64,000 nucleotides of DNA, from assembly GCA_041665345.1 (NCBI GenBank), contig JBAYJA010000001.1, forward strand, positions 521,206 through 585,205, in the 5' to 3' direction. Shown in pieces: positions 56,475 through 64,000 of the stretch. The first letter of the stretch is position 1; every line of letters starts with the position of its first letter. Under the pieces are notes generated by a model that was not told where the DNA came from, searched no databases, and saw nothing but the letters and a program-made list of their open reading frames with translations. The DNA comes from Patescibacteria group bacterium. Lineage in GTDB: Bacteria; Patescibacteriota; Patescibacteriia; PEXW01. The position numbers and the translations under genes were made by a program.

Positions 56475-57718
56475 ACCGTCCCCTAATCTTTCTTATCACC
56501 CTCGTTGTAGTTGCTGCAGCCTTTGGGGTAGCACCCAAGGCTGGCAAAGCTGCAACGACAAAGACCTTTACCTTTGCAGCAGATATGTACAGCTTCACCT
56601 ACCCTAGTACGTGGAGCACGAAGCAGGGGAAGAAGGCAGTCACACTTCTTCCACCAGCTGCAAATGTGAAAAAGCTACAGCAGCAAGGGGTTAGCTATAC
56701 CGCAAACGTGCAATTGCTGAATAATGAGAGTAACATCCTCACAGCCGGGTTGCGAGCAACGTTGAAGAAGAGTTGGTCTGGGTTTGTCACAGCGTATGCG
56801 AAAGAGGTGACAAAGAAGAATGGCGCTACCCAAAAGGTTTCAGCATCCAGTCGCTTGGGTTGGCAGGCATCCATCATTACTTTGCAGCGGACAGTTCGTG
56901 GCACCAAGACCACATGGCGTATCACCCTACTCTCACCTGACAAGCAAAGCGTCTTTGCAGTTGCAGAAAAATGGACCAAGCAAAGCAGTAGTCCATTTCC
57001 GGCGACCATCGCCAATGTCGTAAAGACCCTTACCCCATTTGCAAATGTGCAGTGGTCATTCAACGGGCAGCAGTGGCGAGTGAGTGGTGTACCTCCTGCC
57101 TGCCCAAACCCATTGCTCATCCCCTCACCCGTGGACGTAACGCTGGCCACTTCAATGCTCTACCCCGGACAGTACCGGAGCGGGAATTACAAAGCGCACG
57201 GTGGCTTTCGGTTACAGGGCGTTCCAAGTGGGGAAGTGGGTATCTGGGTTCCTCAAGATGCGTTTGTTGTAGACGGGGCCCACTACACTGAAAATGGAGA
57301 TCCACAGTACATGTTTGACCTCCATGCTCCTTGCGGCATACAGTACCGCTTTGATCACCTCCGTACTCTCTCACCAACTTTCGCTACACTGGCTGCGCAA
57401 CTTCCTGCTGGAGGTGCGGGGGATACTCGCACCACAACTTTCAAAAAACCGCTTTTGGTCAAAGCTGGGACGGCAATTGCCACGACTGTTGGTGAACCTG
57501 CCAGTTCAAATATCTTTTTTGACTTTGGGGTCTACGACCTGCGCCAGCAGAATACTGCATCTCGGAATGCTACCTGGACTGCAGAGCACCCTTTGAGTAG
57601 TCAAAGTTGGTACGCGGTTTGCTGGCTCAAGCTGTTGCCAGCAGCAGATTCTGCCTTTGTTCTGGGTTTACCTGCAGCAGACGGGGTGAGTGGGGATAGT
57701 AGTGATTACTGCAATTAA
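56471..57718 (+). CDS. Secreted hypothetical protein
   Basis: Signal peptide MNRPLIFLITLVVVAAAFG. Start chosen at the internal ATG. Confidence 0.5.
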   Translation: MNRPLIFLITLVVVAAAFGVAPKAGKAATTKTFTFAADMYSFTYPSTWSTKQGKKAVTLLPPAANVKKLQQQGVSYTANVQLLNNESNILTAGLRATLKKSWSGFVTAYAKEVTKKNGATQKVSASSRLGWQASIITLQRTVRGTKTTWRITLLSPDKQSVFAVAEKWTKQSSSPFPATIANVVKTLTPFANVQWSFNGQQWRVSGVPPACPNPLLIPSPVDVTLATSMLYPGQYRSGNYKAHGGFRLQGVPSGEVGIWVPQDAFVVDGAHYTENGDPQYMFDLHAPCGIQYRFDHLRTLSPTFATLAAQLPAGGAGDTRTTTFKKPLLVKAGTAIATTVGEPASSNIFFDFGVYDLRQQNTASRNATWTAEHPLSSQSWYAVCWLKLLPAADSAFVLGLPAADGVSGDSSDYCN

Positions 57719-57810
57719 CCGTATGCACCTATGAAAGTGCGTAGGTTTGTCTGCAGTCGTAATCTCGTACTATACTACTGTGAGTTCACTCGCCATAATC
57801 ATACCTTTGT

Positions 57811-58314
57811 ATGACCAACAGTAGCCAAGCAGGTAGTGATGCACTCATTATCGAACGCACTTTTTCTGCACCCGTAGAAAAAGTCTGGCAAGCCTGGTCT
57901 GACCCAGAGCTCGCGAAGAAGTGGTGGGGTGCCAAAGCTTTTACTGCACCTTCTATGACCATTGACTTCCGCGTCGGTGGGAAGTACTTGTTCTGCATGC
58001 GCGGCAAGCCCGCACCTGATGCGCCAGAGCAAGATTTTTGGAGTACTGGCACGTACAAGGAGATTGTGCCCATGCAGAAAATTGTGTGCACCGACAGCTT
58101 TGCAGATGCGCAAGGGAATATTATTTCTGGGAAAGAGTATGGGATGGAAAACTTTCCACTGGAGTTAGAAGCCACAATTACTTTTGAATCACTTGCCGAT
58201 GGTACAACCAAGATGCGCCTGGAGCATGCTGGCATGCCGGCTGGTACTGACAAAGAGCTAACGCAAGTTGGCTGGAACGAATCATTTGATAAGCTTGCGG
58301 CTGCAATCGAATAG
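57811..58314 (+). CDS. SRPBCC (AHSA1-like) domain protein
   Basis: ERTFSAPVEKVWQAWSDPEL..KWWG. Confidence 0.7.
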   Translation: MTNSSQAGSDALIIERTFSAPVEKVWQAWSDPELAKKWWGAKAFTAPSMTIDFRVGGKYLFCMRGKPAPDAPEQDFWSTGTYKEIVPMQKIVCTDSFADAQGNIISGKEYGMENFPLELEATITFESLADGTTKMRLEHAGMPAGTDKELTQVGWNESFDKLAAAIE

Positions 58315-58317
58315 TCT

Positions 58318-58704
58318 ATGCAATCCACAAAAGTTCCAAAAACTGTCTCCGCGTACATTGCTGCTGCGGCGCCGCAAGCAAGGCCTATGCTACGGCAATT
58401 GCGGAAACTCATCACCTCTTGCGCACCCAAGGCAGTGGAAGGCTTAAGCTACCACATGCCGTACTACAGCTACAAAGGTCGCTTGGTGTACTTTGCTGCC
58501 TTTCGGGATCACTGCAGTCTTTTCCCAGCCAGTGGTTCAGTCACCAAAAATTTTGCCAAAGAGCTAACGAAGTACAAAACGTCTAAAGGGACAATTCAAT
58601 TTCCCTTAGGAAAAGCTATTCCCGCTGGTTTAGTAAAAAAGATTGTGAAGGCGCGGATGCAGGAGAATGAAATACGAAATACGTTTCGGACTGTCAAAGT
58701 GTAG
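58318..58704 (+). CDS. DUF1801 domain protein
   Basis: YIAAAAPQARPMLRQLRKLI...YHMPYY. Confidence 0.55.
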   Translation: MQSTKVPKTVSAYIAAAAPQARPMLRQLRKLITSCAPKAVEGLSYHMPYYSYKGRLVYFAAFRDHCSLFPASGSVTKNFAKELTKYKTSKGTIQFPLGKAIPAGLVKKIVKARMQENEIRNTFRTVKV

Positions 58705-58919
58705 AAAAGGCGGTCGGCATGGAGGCTCGTTAGGTCAGAGGGTATGGAAGAAGGTTTTTTAGGATACATTGCATTTTCTGAGACTCTACCCTCGGCCGTA
58801 CAACCTAACTAGCCTCCACACCCACTAACCACGTCGCCATACCTTTCCCCTTGCATGCATCGGCTATTCAGCGTACACTAGTAGCCTTTGGGCAACTCCT
58901 GCCTGGTATCTGCATTCTT

Positions 58920-59438
58920 ATGGCGAAACCTTCATTTTCACGACGTCCAGGCGGTAAACGCCCAGCTGGGAAGTTTGGGGGTCGGGATCGGAGTGTGGAT
59001 AGCACAATGCACTTGGCAACCTGCGCGAATTGCGGTGACTCATGTGAGGTACCGTTTTTGCCAAAGGGGAAAAAGCCCGTGTACTGTAACAAGTGCTTTA
59101 AGCAATTTGGGAAAGGTGAAGGGGAGGAGACATTTGCGGATGAACCCCGGCTGTACCCGGCAACCTGTGGCAATTGCGGCAATGAATGCACGGTACCTTT
59201 CCGGCCTGTGCAGGGTAAACCAGTCTTTTGCAAAAACTGCTTTGGGAAGTACAAAGGTAGCCCCGGCCAAGCAGATGGCGGAAATATGCAGGAGCAAATG
59301 GACCGCATCAATATGAAGTTAGATAACATTCTCCGGGTTTTGGCTGCTCGGCCCACCCGGCCTGCCGCACCAACGCGGGATTACCCCCGCACCGGAAAGA
59401 ATTCTGGCTGGCGAAAAGACAACAAGAAGCGATTCTAA
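58920..59438 (+). CDS. Tandem CxxC-CxxC zinc-ribbon protein
   Basis: Two copies of C.NCG..C.VPF.P..GKPV.C..CF. Start taken at the internal ATG (MAKPSF). Confidence 0.5.
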   Translation: MAKPSFSRRPGGKRPAGKFGGRDRSVDSTMHLATCANCGDSCEVPFLPKGKKPVYCNKCFKQFGKGEGEETFADEPRLYPATCGNCGNECTVPFRPVQGKPVFCKNCFGKYKGSPGQADGGNMQEQMDRINMKLDNILRVLAARPTRPAAPTRDYPRTGKNSGWRKDNKKRF

Positions 59439-59450
59439 GTCTCTTCCTGT

Positions 59451-59711
59451 ATGTACGTCCTTTACGTTGTTCGGTGCGCAGACGCAACTCTGTACACCGG
59501 TATTACCGTAGACATTTCCCGCCGGATTACTGAGCATAATACCTCCAGCAAAGGCGCGCGGTACACACGCAGCAGACGGCCTGTGCGTTTGGTATATGTA
59601 AAGAAGTACCGAACGCGTTCCACGGCAACCAAGGCCGAATTGCAATTCAAGCAGCTTTCTCGCAATGAAAAGTTGCAGCTTATCAAGCAGGCAAAGCGAA
59701 AAGCAAAGTAG
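59451..59711 (+). CDS. GIY-YIG nuclease family protein (native-GC paralog)
   Basis: YVLYVVRC...LYTGITVDISRRITEHN. Confidence 0.75.
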   Translation: MYVLYVVRCADATLYTGITVDISRRITEHNTSSKGARYTRSRRPVRLVYVKKYRTRSTATKAELQFKQLSRNEKLQLIKQAKRKAK

Positions 59712-59726
59712 AGTATACTGTGCGAT

Positions 59727-60077
59727 ATGAGCACGAGGACGGAAACCATAACTTACCTTTTGGACCAGCTCACTGGCTTGCCGGACATTGCCGCGCGAAA
59801 AATGTTTGGGGAATATGCTCTGTACTGCAATGGGAAGGTTGTTGCATTGGTGTGTGATGACCAACTTTTTGTAAAAATCACTGAACCTGGAAAAGGTTTC
59901 ATTGGCAAGGAATATGAAGAAGGTGAGGCATATCCTGGGGCAAAACCTTCCATGCGGATCAGTGAGGAATTGCTGGAAGATCGGCAGTGGTTTGGTAAAC
60001 TCATTCAGCTTACGGCAGATGCATTGCCAATGCTAAAATCAAAGCCGAAAAAGTTGGCAAGGGGCCCTCGTTCGTAG
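59727..60077 (+). CDS. TfoX N-terminal domain protein
   Basis: MFGEYALYCNGKVVALVCDDQLFVK pattern. Confidence 0.55.
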   Translation: MSTRTETITYLLDQLTGLPDIAARKMFGEYALYCNGKVVALVCDDQLFVKITEPGKGFIGKEYEEGEAYPGAKPSMRISEELLEDRQWFGKLIQLTADALPMLKSKPKKLARGPRS

Positions 60078-60101
60078 TTTTCAGGACTTTTCTTTGTCCA
60101 T

Positions 60102-60785
60102 ATGCGCAAAGTTGCAATTTTCGACATTGACGGCACTATCTTCCGTTCCAGCCTACTCATTGAGGTCACCAATGCTTTGATTGCCGAAGGAGTGTTTCCT
60201 GCATCAACAAGAAAAATGTACCAGAAGCCATTTGAAAATTGGCTGAACCGCAAAGCTGGGTATGACAAGTACATTGCCGCGGTGGTCAAGGCTTTTGATA
60301 AGCATATCCAGGGAGTAGAGCGCGCTGTCTTTCTCCGCATTGCGCAGAAAGTTTTGGACTACCAAAGCCACCGGGTGTACCGGTATACTCGTGACCTCAT
60401 TACTACCCTGCGAAAGCGGGGCTACTTTCTGCTGGCCATTTCTCACTCGCCCAAAGACATGGTGGACGCATTCACCAAGCACTGGGGATTTTCCAAAGTG
60501 TATGGTCGTATTTTTGAACTTGATAGCCAAAATTGTTTTACTGGAAAAATTTTGTACCGCGAACTTATTGATGACAAAGCCACAATACTACAACGAGCAA
60601 TTTCCAAGGAGAAGCTCTCGCTGAAAAGTTCCATTGGTGTTGGAGATTCGGAAGGGGACATACCCATGCTGAAAATGGTTGAGCAGCCTATTTGCTTTAA
60701 TCCAAACGCTGTCCTCTACAAGGAAGCAAAGAAGCGGGGTTGGGAAATTGTGGTGGAGCGGAAGGATGTGATTTACGTTTTATAG
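60102..60785 (+). CDS. HAD-superfamily hydrolase (subfamily IB-like)
   Basis: Motif I FDIDGT and C-terminal GDSEGD. Confidence 0.7.
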   Translation: MRKVAIFDIDGTIFRSSLLIEVTNALIAEGVFPASTRKMYQKPFENWLNRKAGYDKYIAAVVKAFDKHIQGVERAVFLRIAQKVLDYQSHRVYRYTRDLITTLRKRGYFLLAISHSPKDMVDAFTKHWGFSKVYGRIFELDSQNCFTGKILYRELIDDKATILQRAISKEKLSLKSSIGVGDSEGDIPMLKMVEQPICFNPNAVLYKEAKKRGWEIVVERKDVIYVL

Positions 60786-60794
60786 TGCAATGAA

Positions 60795-60820
60795 AAGGCC
60801 TCGTTATGTAACGAGGCCTT
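60795..60820. terminator. Bidirectional hairpin terminator
   Basis: aaggcctcgttatgtaacgaggcctt. A T-run follows on the minus strand. Confidence 0.6.
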
Positions 60821-60841
60821 TAACGAGCAAGTCGAAATTGT

Positions 60842-61285
60842 TTATGCGGTCGGCGTACCGTTATTAGGTGCGGCATTGAGCTTCGCAAGGTGGATTGAAA
60901 TCACCTGTTGAACCTCAGAGCAGATTGATGGCCATGGAACAAGCGAAGTGCGTTCGATACGCACTTTGTACCGATCAACCTTCACGTCCTGAACGCCGTG
61001 GATTTTTGAAATCTCGATTACGAGATTTTCTGACGGTTCTGATGATTTCTGGTCAATCAGTTTGAGATGGTGTGCACGGTCTGAAAGTTGGACATTTGTG
61101 CTCAACCAGGCGACAGTGTATAGTTCGCCGTTTTGATCCCATGAAAATTGATGAATGCATGGCATTTGTAAAGAACCTCCTGTGCGCAATAGGGTTGCGC
61201 GTTCCCATCTTGAATCGATACCGAACACACTTATGGTCGCACGTTCAAGACTGCCTATACTAGCGCATGCAATGTGTATTGTCAA
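60842..61285 (-). CDS. Hypothetical protein
   Basis: 147 aa. Confidence 0.45.
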   Translation of the reverse strand: MTIHIACASIGSLERATISVFGIDSRWERATLLRTGGSLQMPCIHQFSWDQNGELYTVAWLSTNVQLSDRAHHLKLIDQKSSEPSENLVIEISKIHGVQDVKVDRYKVRIERTSLVPWPSICSEVQQVISIHLAKLNAAPNNGTPTA

Positions 61286-61354
61286 GGCTTACGTGCTCTG
61301 AGTATCACAAAACAAGGAAATTCTTGTTATGATAAAAAGTGATAGAATAATGTT

Positions 61355-62131
61355 ATGTCCGACTACTACAACCCCCAAAGAACCAAAAATCTCTACGACC
61401 CCAAAAGTCCAGCGCCGTTCCGACTCTCTCGTTCAAAAATAGATTTGTATTTAGAGTGTCCACGCTGCTTCTACCAAGACCGTCGCTTGGGCGTGGGTCG
61501 GCCACCGGGGTTTCCTTTCAGCTTGAATAGTGCAGTGGATGAACTGCTAAAGCGGGAATTTGACGTGCACCGTGCCAAAGGTACCAAGCACCCGCTGCAG
61601 AAGAAGTACAAAATCAATGCCAAACCCATGGCGCATGAGAAGCTGGACGAGTGGCGTGATTCCCTTCGGCGGGGTATTACGTTCCACCATTCGCTTACAA
61701 ACTTCCTCATTACTGGTGGCATTGACGATCTCTGGGTCAAACCCAAGGGTGAGTTGATCATCGTTGACTACAAAGCCACATCAAAAAAAGAAGAAGTGAA
61801 CCTGGATGCGGATTGGCAAATTGGCTACAAGCGGCAAATGGAAGTGTACCAATGGTTGTTCCGGCAAAATGGCTTTACCGTTTCAGACACCGGGTACTTT
61901 GTGTACTGCAATGGGGACAGTGATGCAAAAGCTTTTGATGCAAAGCTGGAATTTACCATCAAGCTCATACCCTACGTCGGGAAGACAGACTGGGTTGAGC
62001 CAACGTTACTGGATGCGTACCGATGCTTGCAGTCAAATGACCTTCCTGCAGCTGGAGCAGGCTGCGACTACTGTCGGTACGTTGGTGCTATTACGCAAAT
62101 ACGCTCAGCGAAAGGCAAAAGCGGGTTATGA
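61355..62131 (+). CDS. PD-(D/E)XK nuclease, Cas4/RecB-like with 4-Cys cluster
   Basis: N-terminal CPRC, GIDDLW, IVDYKAT and YKRQMEVYQ (QxxxY) motifs, and a C-terminal CDYCRY. Confidence 0.7.
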   Translation: MSDYYNPQRTKNLYDPKSPAPFRLSRSKIDLYLECPRCFYQDRRLGVGRPPGFPFSLNSAVDELLKREFDVHRAKGTKHPLQKKYKINAKPMAHEKLDEWRDSLRRGITFHHSLTNFLITGGIDDLWVKPKGELIIVDYKATSKKEEVNLDADWQIGYKRQMEVYQWLFRQNGFTVSDTGYFVYCNGDSDAKAFDAKLEFTIKLIPYVGKTDWVEPTLLDAYRCLQSNDLPAAGAGCDYCRYVGAITQIRSAKGKSGL

Positions 62132-62191
62132 GTTCGTGAGTGGTAGGGGAGGGGAAAAAGCAGTACACTTACAGTACTTCGCATTTTTTTC

Positions 62192-63067
62192 ATGGCTATG
62201 CCAGACACCCACGAGCACCATGCTCCATACCGAAAAACTATATTCTGGTGGGTTTTCTTTACCTTCCTTTTCATTGGCTTCATTGCCAGCGGAACACTCT
62301 ATCTCATCCGAACGAAGTACATTTTTAGCGAAACGCAGAAAGAGCTACAACAAATTGCGATAAACGTCGTTCAAGGAGTTCCTGCAGTTGTGCATGAGTC
62401 CCTGCAAAAGCCCGAAGATCAAAAAGAGAGCGGCTACGCGCAAATTGAAAGCTACTTTCAATCAGTGATGAAAGGGAATCCGGCTATCGATGATATTTAC
62501 ACACTCCGCCCAACTGCCAATGCGCATACCATGACTTTTGTGGTGAGTGGTAAAGGATCAACCGACGCAGATGGGAATGGCACCATTGATAATGATGAAG
62601 TGAAAGCCATGCTGGGTGAAGAGTATGACACTACTGAACTTCCGGAGCTTGAAGCAGGTCTACTCGCTCCATCCGTAGACCCAGCGTTCACCTATGATAA
62701 GTGGGGTACGTGGCTTTCTGGGTACGCGCCGCTGAAGAATGCTGAGGGGACGTCCATTGCTGTTCTGGGGATTGACTTGTCAGCCAGTACAGTGAACGAA
62801 CAGCGCTGGCAAGTACTTCGCTCCATTGGATATGCAGATTTGATCATTTTTCCAATCGTCCTCATCATCTCCTTGCTCCTGGCTTGGCGGATAAGTAAAC
62901 CATTTACCATTCTAGCGCAGGGGATGGATCGGGTAACCCATGGGGATCTCAACTTTCACTTGCCAGTAACTGGAAATCGGGAAGAGAAGCATTTCCGAGA
63001 ACTCTTCAATGGTATGCTTTCGGCTTTTGAAACTGCCCGTGCAAAGCCACCGAAGAAAAACTCATAG
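62192..63067 (+). CDS. Membrane protein with periplasmic Cache-like domain and HAMP domain, no output domain
   Basis: TM1, a roughly 180-aa extracytoplasmic domain, TM2, then a HAMP-like segment. Ends at 291 aa. Confidence 0.55.
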   Translation: MAMPDTHEHHAPYRKTIFWWVFFTFLFIGFIASGTLYLIRTKYIFSETQKELQQIAINVVQGVPAVVHESLQKPEDQKESGYAQIESYFQSVMKGNPAIDDIYTLRPTANAHTMTFVVSGKGSTDADGNGTIDNDEVKAMLGEEYDTTELPELEAGLLAPSVDPAFTYDKWGTWLSGYAPLKNAEGTSIAVLGIDLSASTVNEQRWQVLRSIGYADLIIFPIVLIISLLLAWRISKPFTILAQGMDRVTHGDLNFHLPVTGNREEKHFRELFNGMLSAFETARAKPPKKNS

Positions 63068-63072
63068 CGACT

Positions 63073-63678
63073 ATGCCAATTGTGCAGCACACATCTTGGG
63101 AAGATATCTACCAATTTGGGAACCTGCAATCTGCATCGTGGTTTCGGAGTGATGTGGATCCAGATATTGAGAAGGCGGTAACAACCTACGGGCAGAAAGG
63201 TGGACGGGTGCTGGACGTTGGCTGTGGCATGGGCATGCAAACTATAGCCTTGGCAAAGCTTGGCTATCCAGCGACTGGAATAGACGTATCACCAACAGCC
63301 ATTCACCACGCCCGTCAGCTGGCCGAGCGTGAGGGTGTGGAAGTAACTTTCACCGTTGCAAATTTTTTGCACGCACGTTTTCCAGAACCCTTTTCCATTA
63401 TTTTAGACCGAGCAGTGCTGCAGGGTTTTAGCGTGCATGAGCACGAACTGTACATGGAGGCGTTGCAACATGCCTGTAGCGCCAGCGGCATTGTCATCGT
63501 TAAGACGCTGCACCAGCAATCCCAGAAAAGTGTTGGTCCACATGGGTATGACGAGGAAGCGTTGAAAGCTTTGTTCGCGCCAGCCTTTTCTTTGGAAAAC
63601 ATTTGGGAATGCAGTTTTAGCGGACACCCCAACGCCCCAAAGAATGCGCTCTGCGCTATTCTCCGTCGTGAAGCGTAA
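63073..63678 (+). CDS. Class I SAM-dependent methyltransferase
   Basis: VLDVGCGMGMQ motif I. Confidence 0.75.
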   Translation: MPIVQHTSWEDIYQFGNLQSASWFRSDVDPDIEKAVTTYGQKGGRVLDVGCGMGMQTIALAKLGYPATGIDVSPTAIHHARQLAEREGVEVTFTVANFLHARFPEPFSIILDRAVLQGFSVHEHELYMEALQHACSASGIVIVKTLHQQSQKSVGPHGYDEEALKALFAPAFSLENIWECSFSGHPNAPKNALCAILRREA

Positions 63679-63683
63679 GGACA

Positions 63684-64000
63684 GTGGAGAGCGATCAATT
63701 TCACGCTATTGTTCTGGAGGCATGGGAAGCGCTTCCGGCACGGTTTCGGGAACGCATTCACAATGTTGCGATCGTCGTTGAGCCGGTTGGCCGCACGCCA
63801 GTTGGTTTTGAGCATGGGATTGCCAGAGGTTCCATACTCTTGGGTTTATACCAGGGCATTCCCTTGAACCGGCGGAGCGAAGGCTATAGCGGTGTGCTAC
63901 CAGACCGGATTACCCTTTTCCAAGAAGCTATTCAGCAGGTTGCGCAAGGGGATGATCACCTCGTTCGGCAAGTAGTGGAAGATGTGCTACTGCATGAAGT
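63684..64000 (+). CDS. Metallopeptidase-family (zincin-like, DUF1025-type) protein, 3' end outside window
   Basis: GTG start. Open frame to the window edge, ending ...VVEDVLLHE (start of HExxH). Confidence 0.45.
   Translation, partial: MESDQFHAIVLEAWEALPARFRERIHNVAIVVEPVGRTPVGFEHGIARGSILLGLYQGIPLNRRSEGYSGVLPDRITLFQEAIQQVAQGDDHLVRQVVEDVLLHE

Noticed and set aside
1-64000. CRISPR array search
   Set aside because: I scanned the non-coding stretches for regularly spaced 25-40 bp direct repeats and found none. The only repeats are the hairpin pair at 43.6 and 43.8 kb, which is two copies with no spacers, and the 72-bp lipoprotein-end duplication.
1-64000. tRNA genes in intergenic regions
   Set aside because: None of the intergenic regions (e.g. 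58705-58919, 21036-21154, 23716-24349) contains a cloverleaf with a GTTCGA T-loop or D-loop consensus. I could not run tRNAscan, so this remains unverified.

Overview
Most of this 64 kb window is read on the + strand and shows three zones. An inferred guess is a Patescibacteria/CPR-like or similar small-genome monoderm bacterium. The reasons are that few genes have Shine-Dalgarno sequences, many starts sit in a tgtATG context, the lipoprotein signal peptides are Gram-positive type, and the fermentative KorAB plus ADP-forming acetyl-CoA synthetase module is present.

Zone 1 (1-31.7 kb) is core metabolism and information processing. It holds tandem gpmI copies, an ABC exporter pair, rnc, acd, korAB, recJ, rnhA and a C-terminally short alaS. 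It also holds an infA-rpmJ-rpsM-rpsK-rpsD-rpoA-rplQ-rplM-rpsI ribosomal block in which rpoA lacks the alpha-CTD and rpsI carries a lysine/alanine-rich N-terminal tail. Envelope polysaccharide genes (a flippase and a GT4-GT2 fusion) follow. Embedded at about 3.9-8.5 kb is a lower-GC segment with a FGase-like gene and a split, domain-permuted PEP-utilizing-enzyme / ATP-grasp gene pair.

Zone 2 (about 31.7-50 kb) is clearly accessory. It contains:
- a strongly AT-rich single-gene island encoding an OLD-family (ABC ATPase + TOPRIM) nuclease, which I regard as the best defence-system candidate in the window
- a family of N/T-rich lipoprotein paralogs, one of which has a decayed 72-bp copy of its 3' end placed directly after a DHFR-family gene
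- small detoxification/stress genes (VOC, DUF1801, YdeI-like, MazG-like, P-loop kinase)
- an AT-rich GIY-YIG gene bracketed exactly by a perfect 15-bp inverted repeat
- a PadR-STAS pair
- a 520-bp non-coding stretch with duplicated hairpin elements that may be sRNAs
- an RND transporter

Zone 3 (50-64 kb) holds BI-1 (Bax inhibitor-1), a TPM-domain protein, greA, an AbrB-Doc toxin-antitoxin pair, an ABC-F ATPase, an HI0933-like flavoprotein, SRPBCC and DUF1801 proteins, a second native-GC GIY-YIG gene, TfoX_N, a HAD hydrolase, a Cas4-like PD-(D/E)XK nuclease next to a Cache-HAMP protein with no output domain, a SAM methyltransferase and the start of a metallopeptidase-family gene. I found no CRISPR array, rRNA or convincing tRNA.
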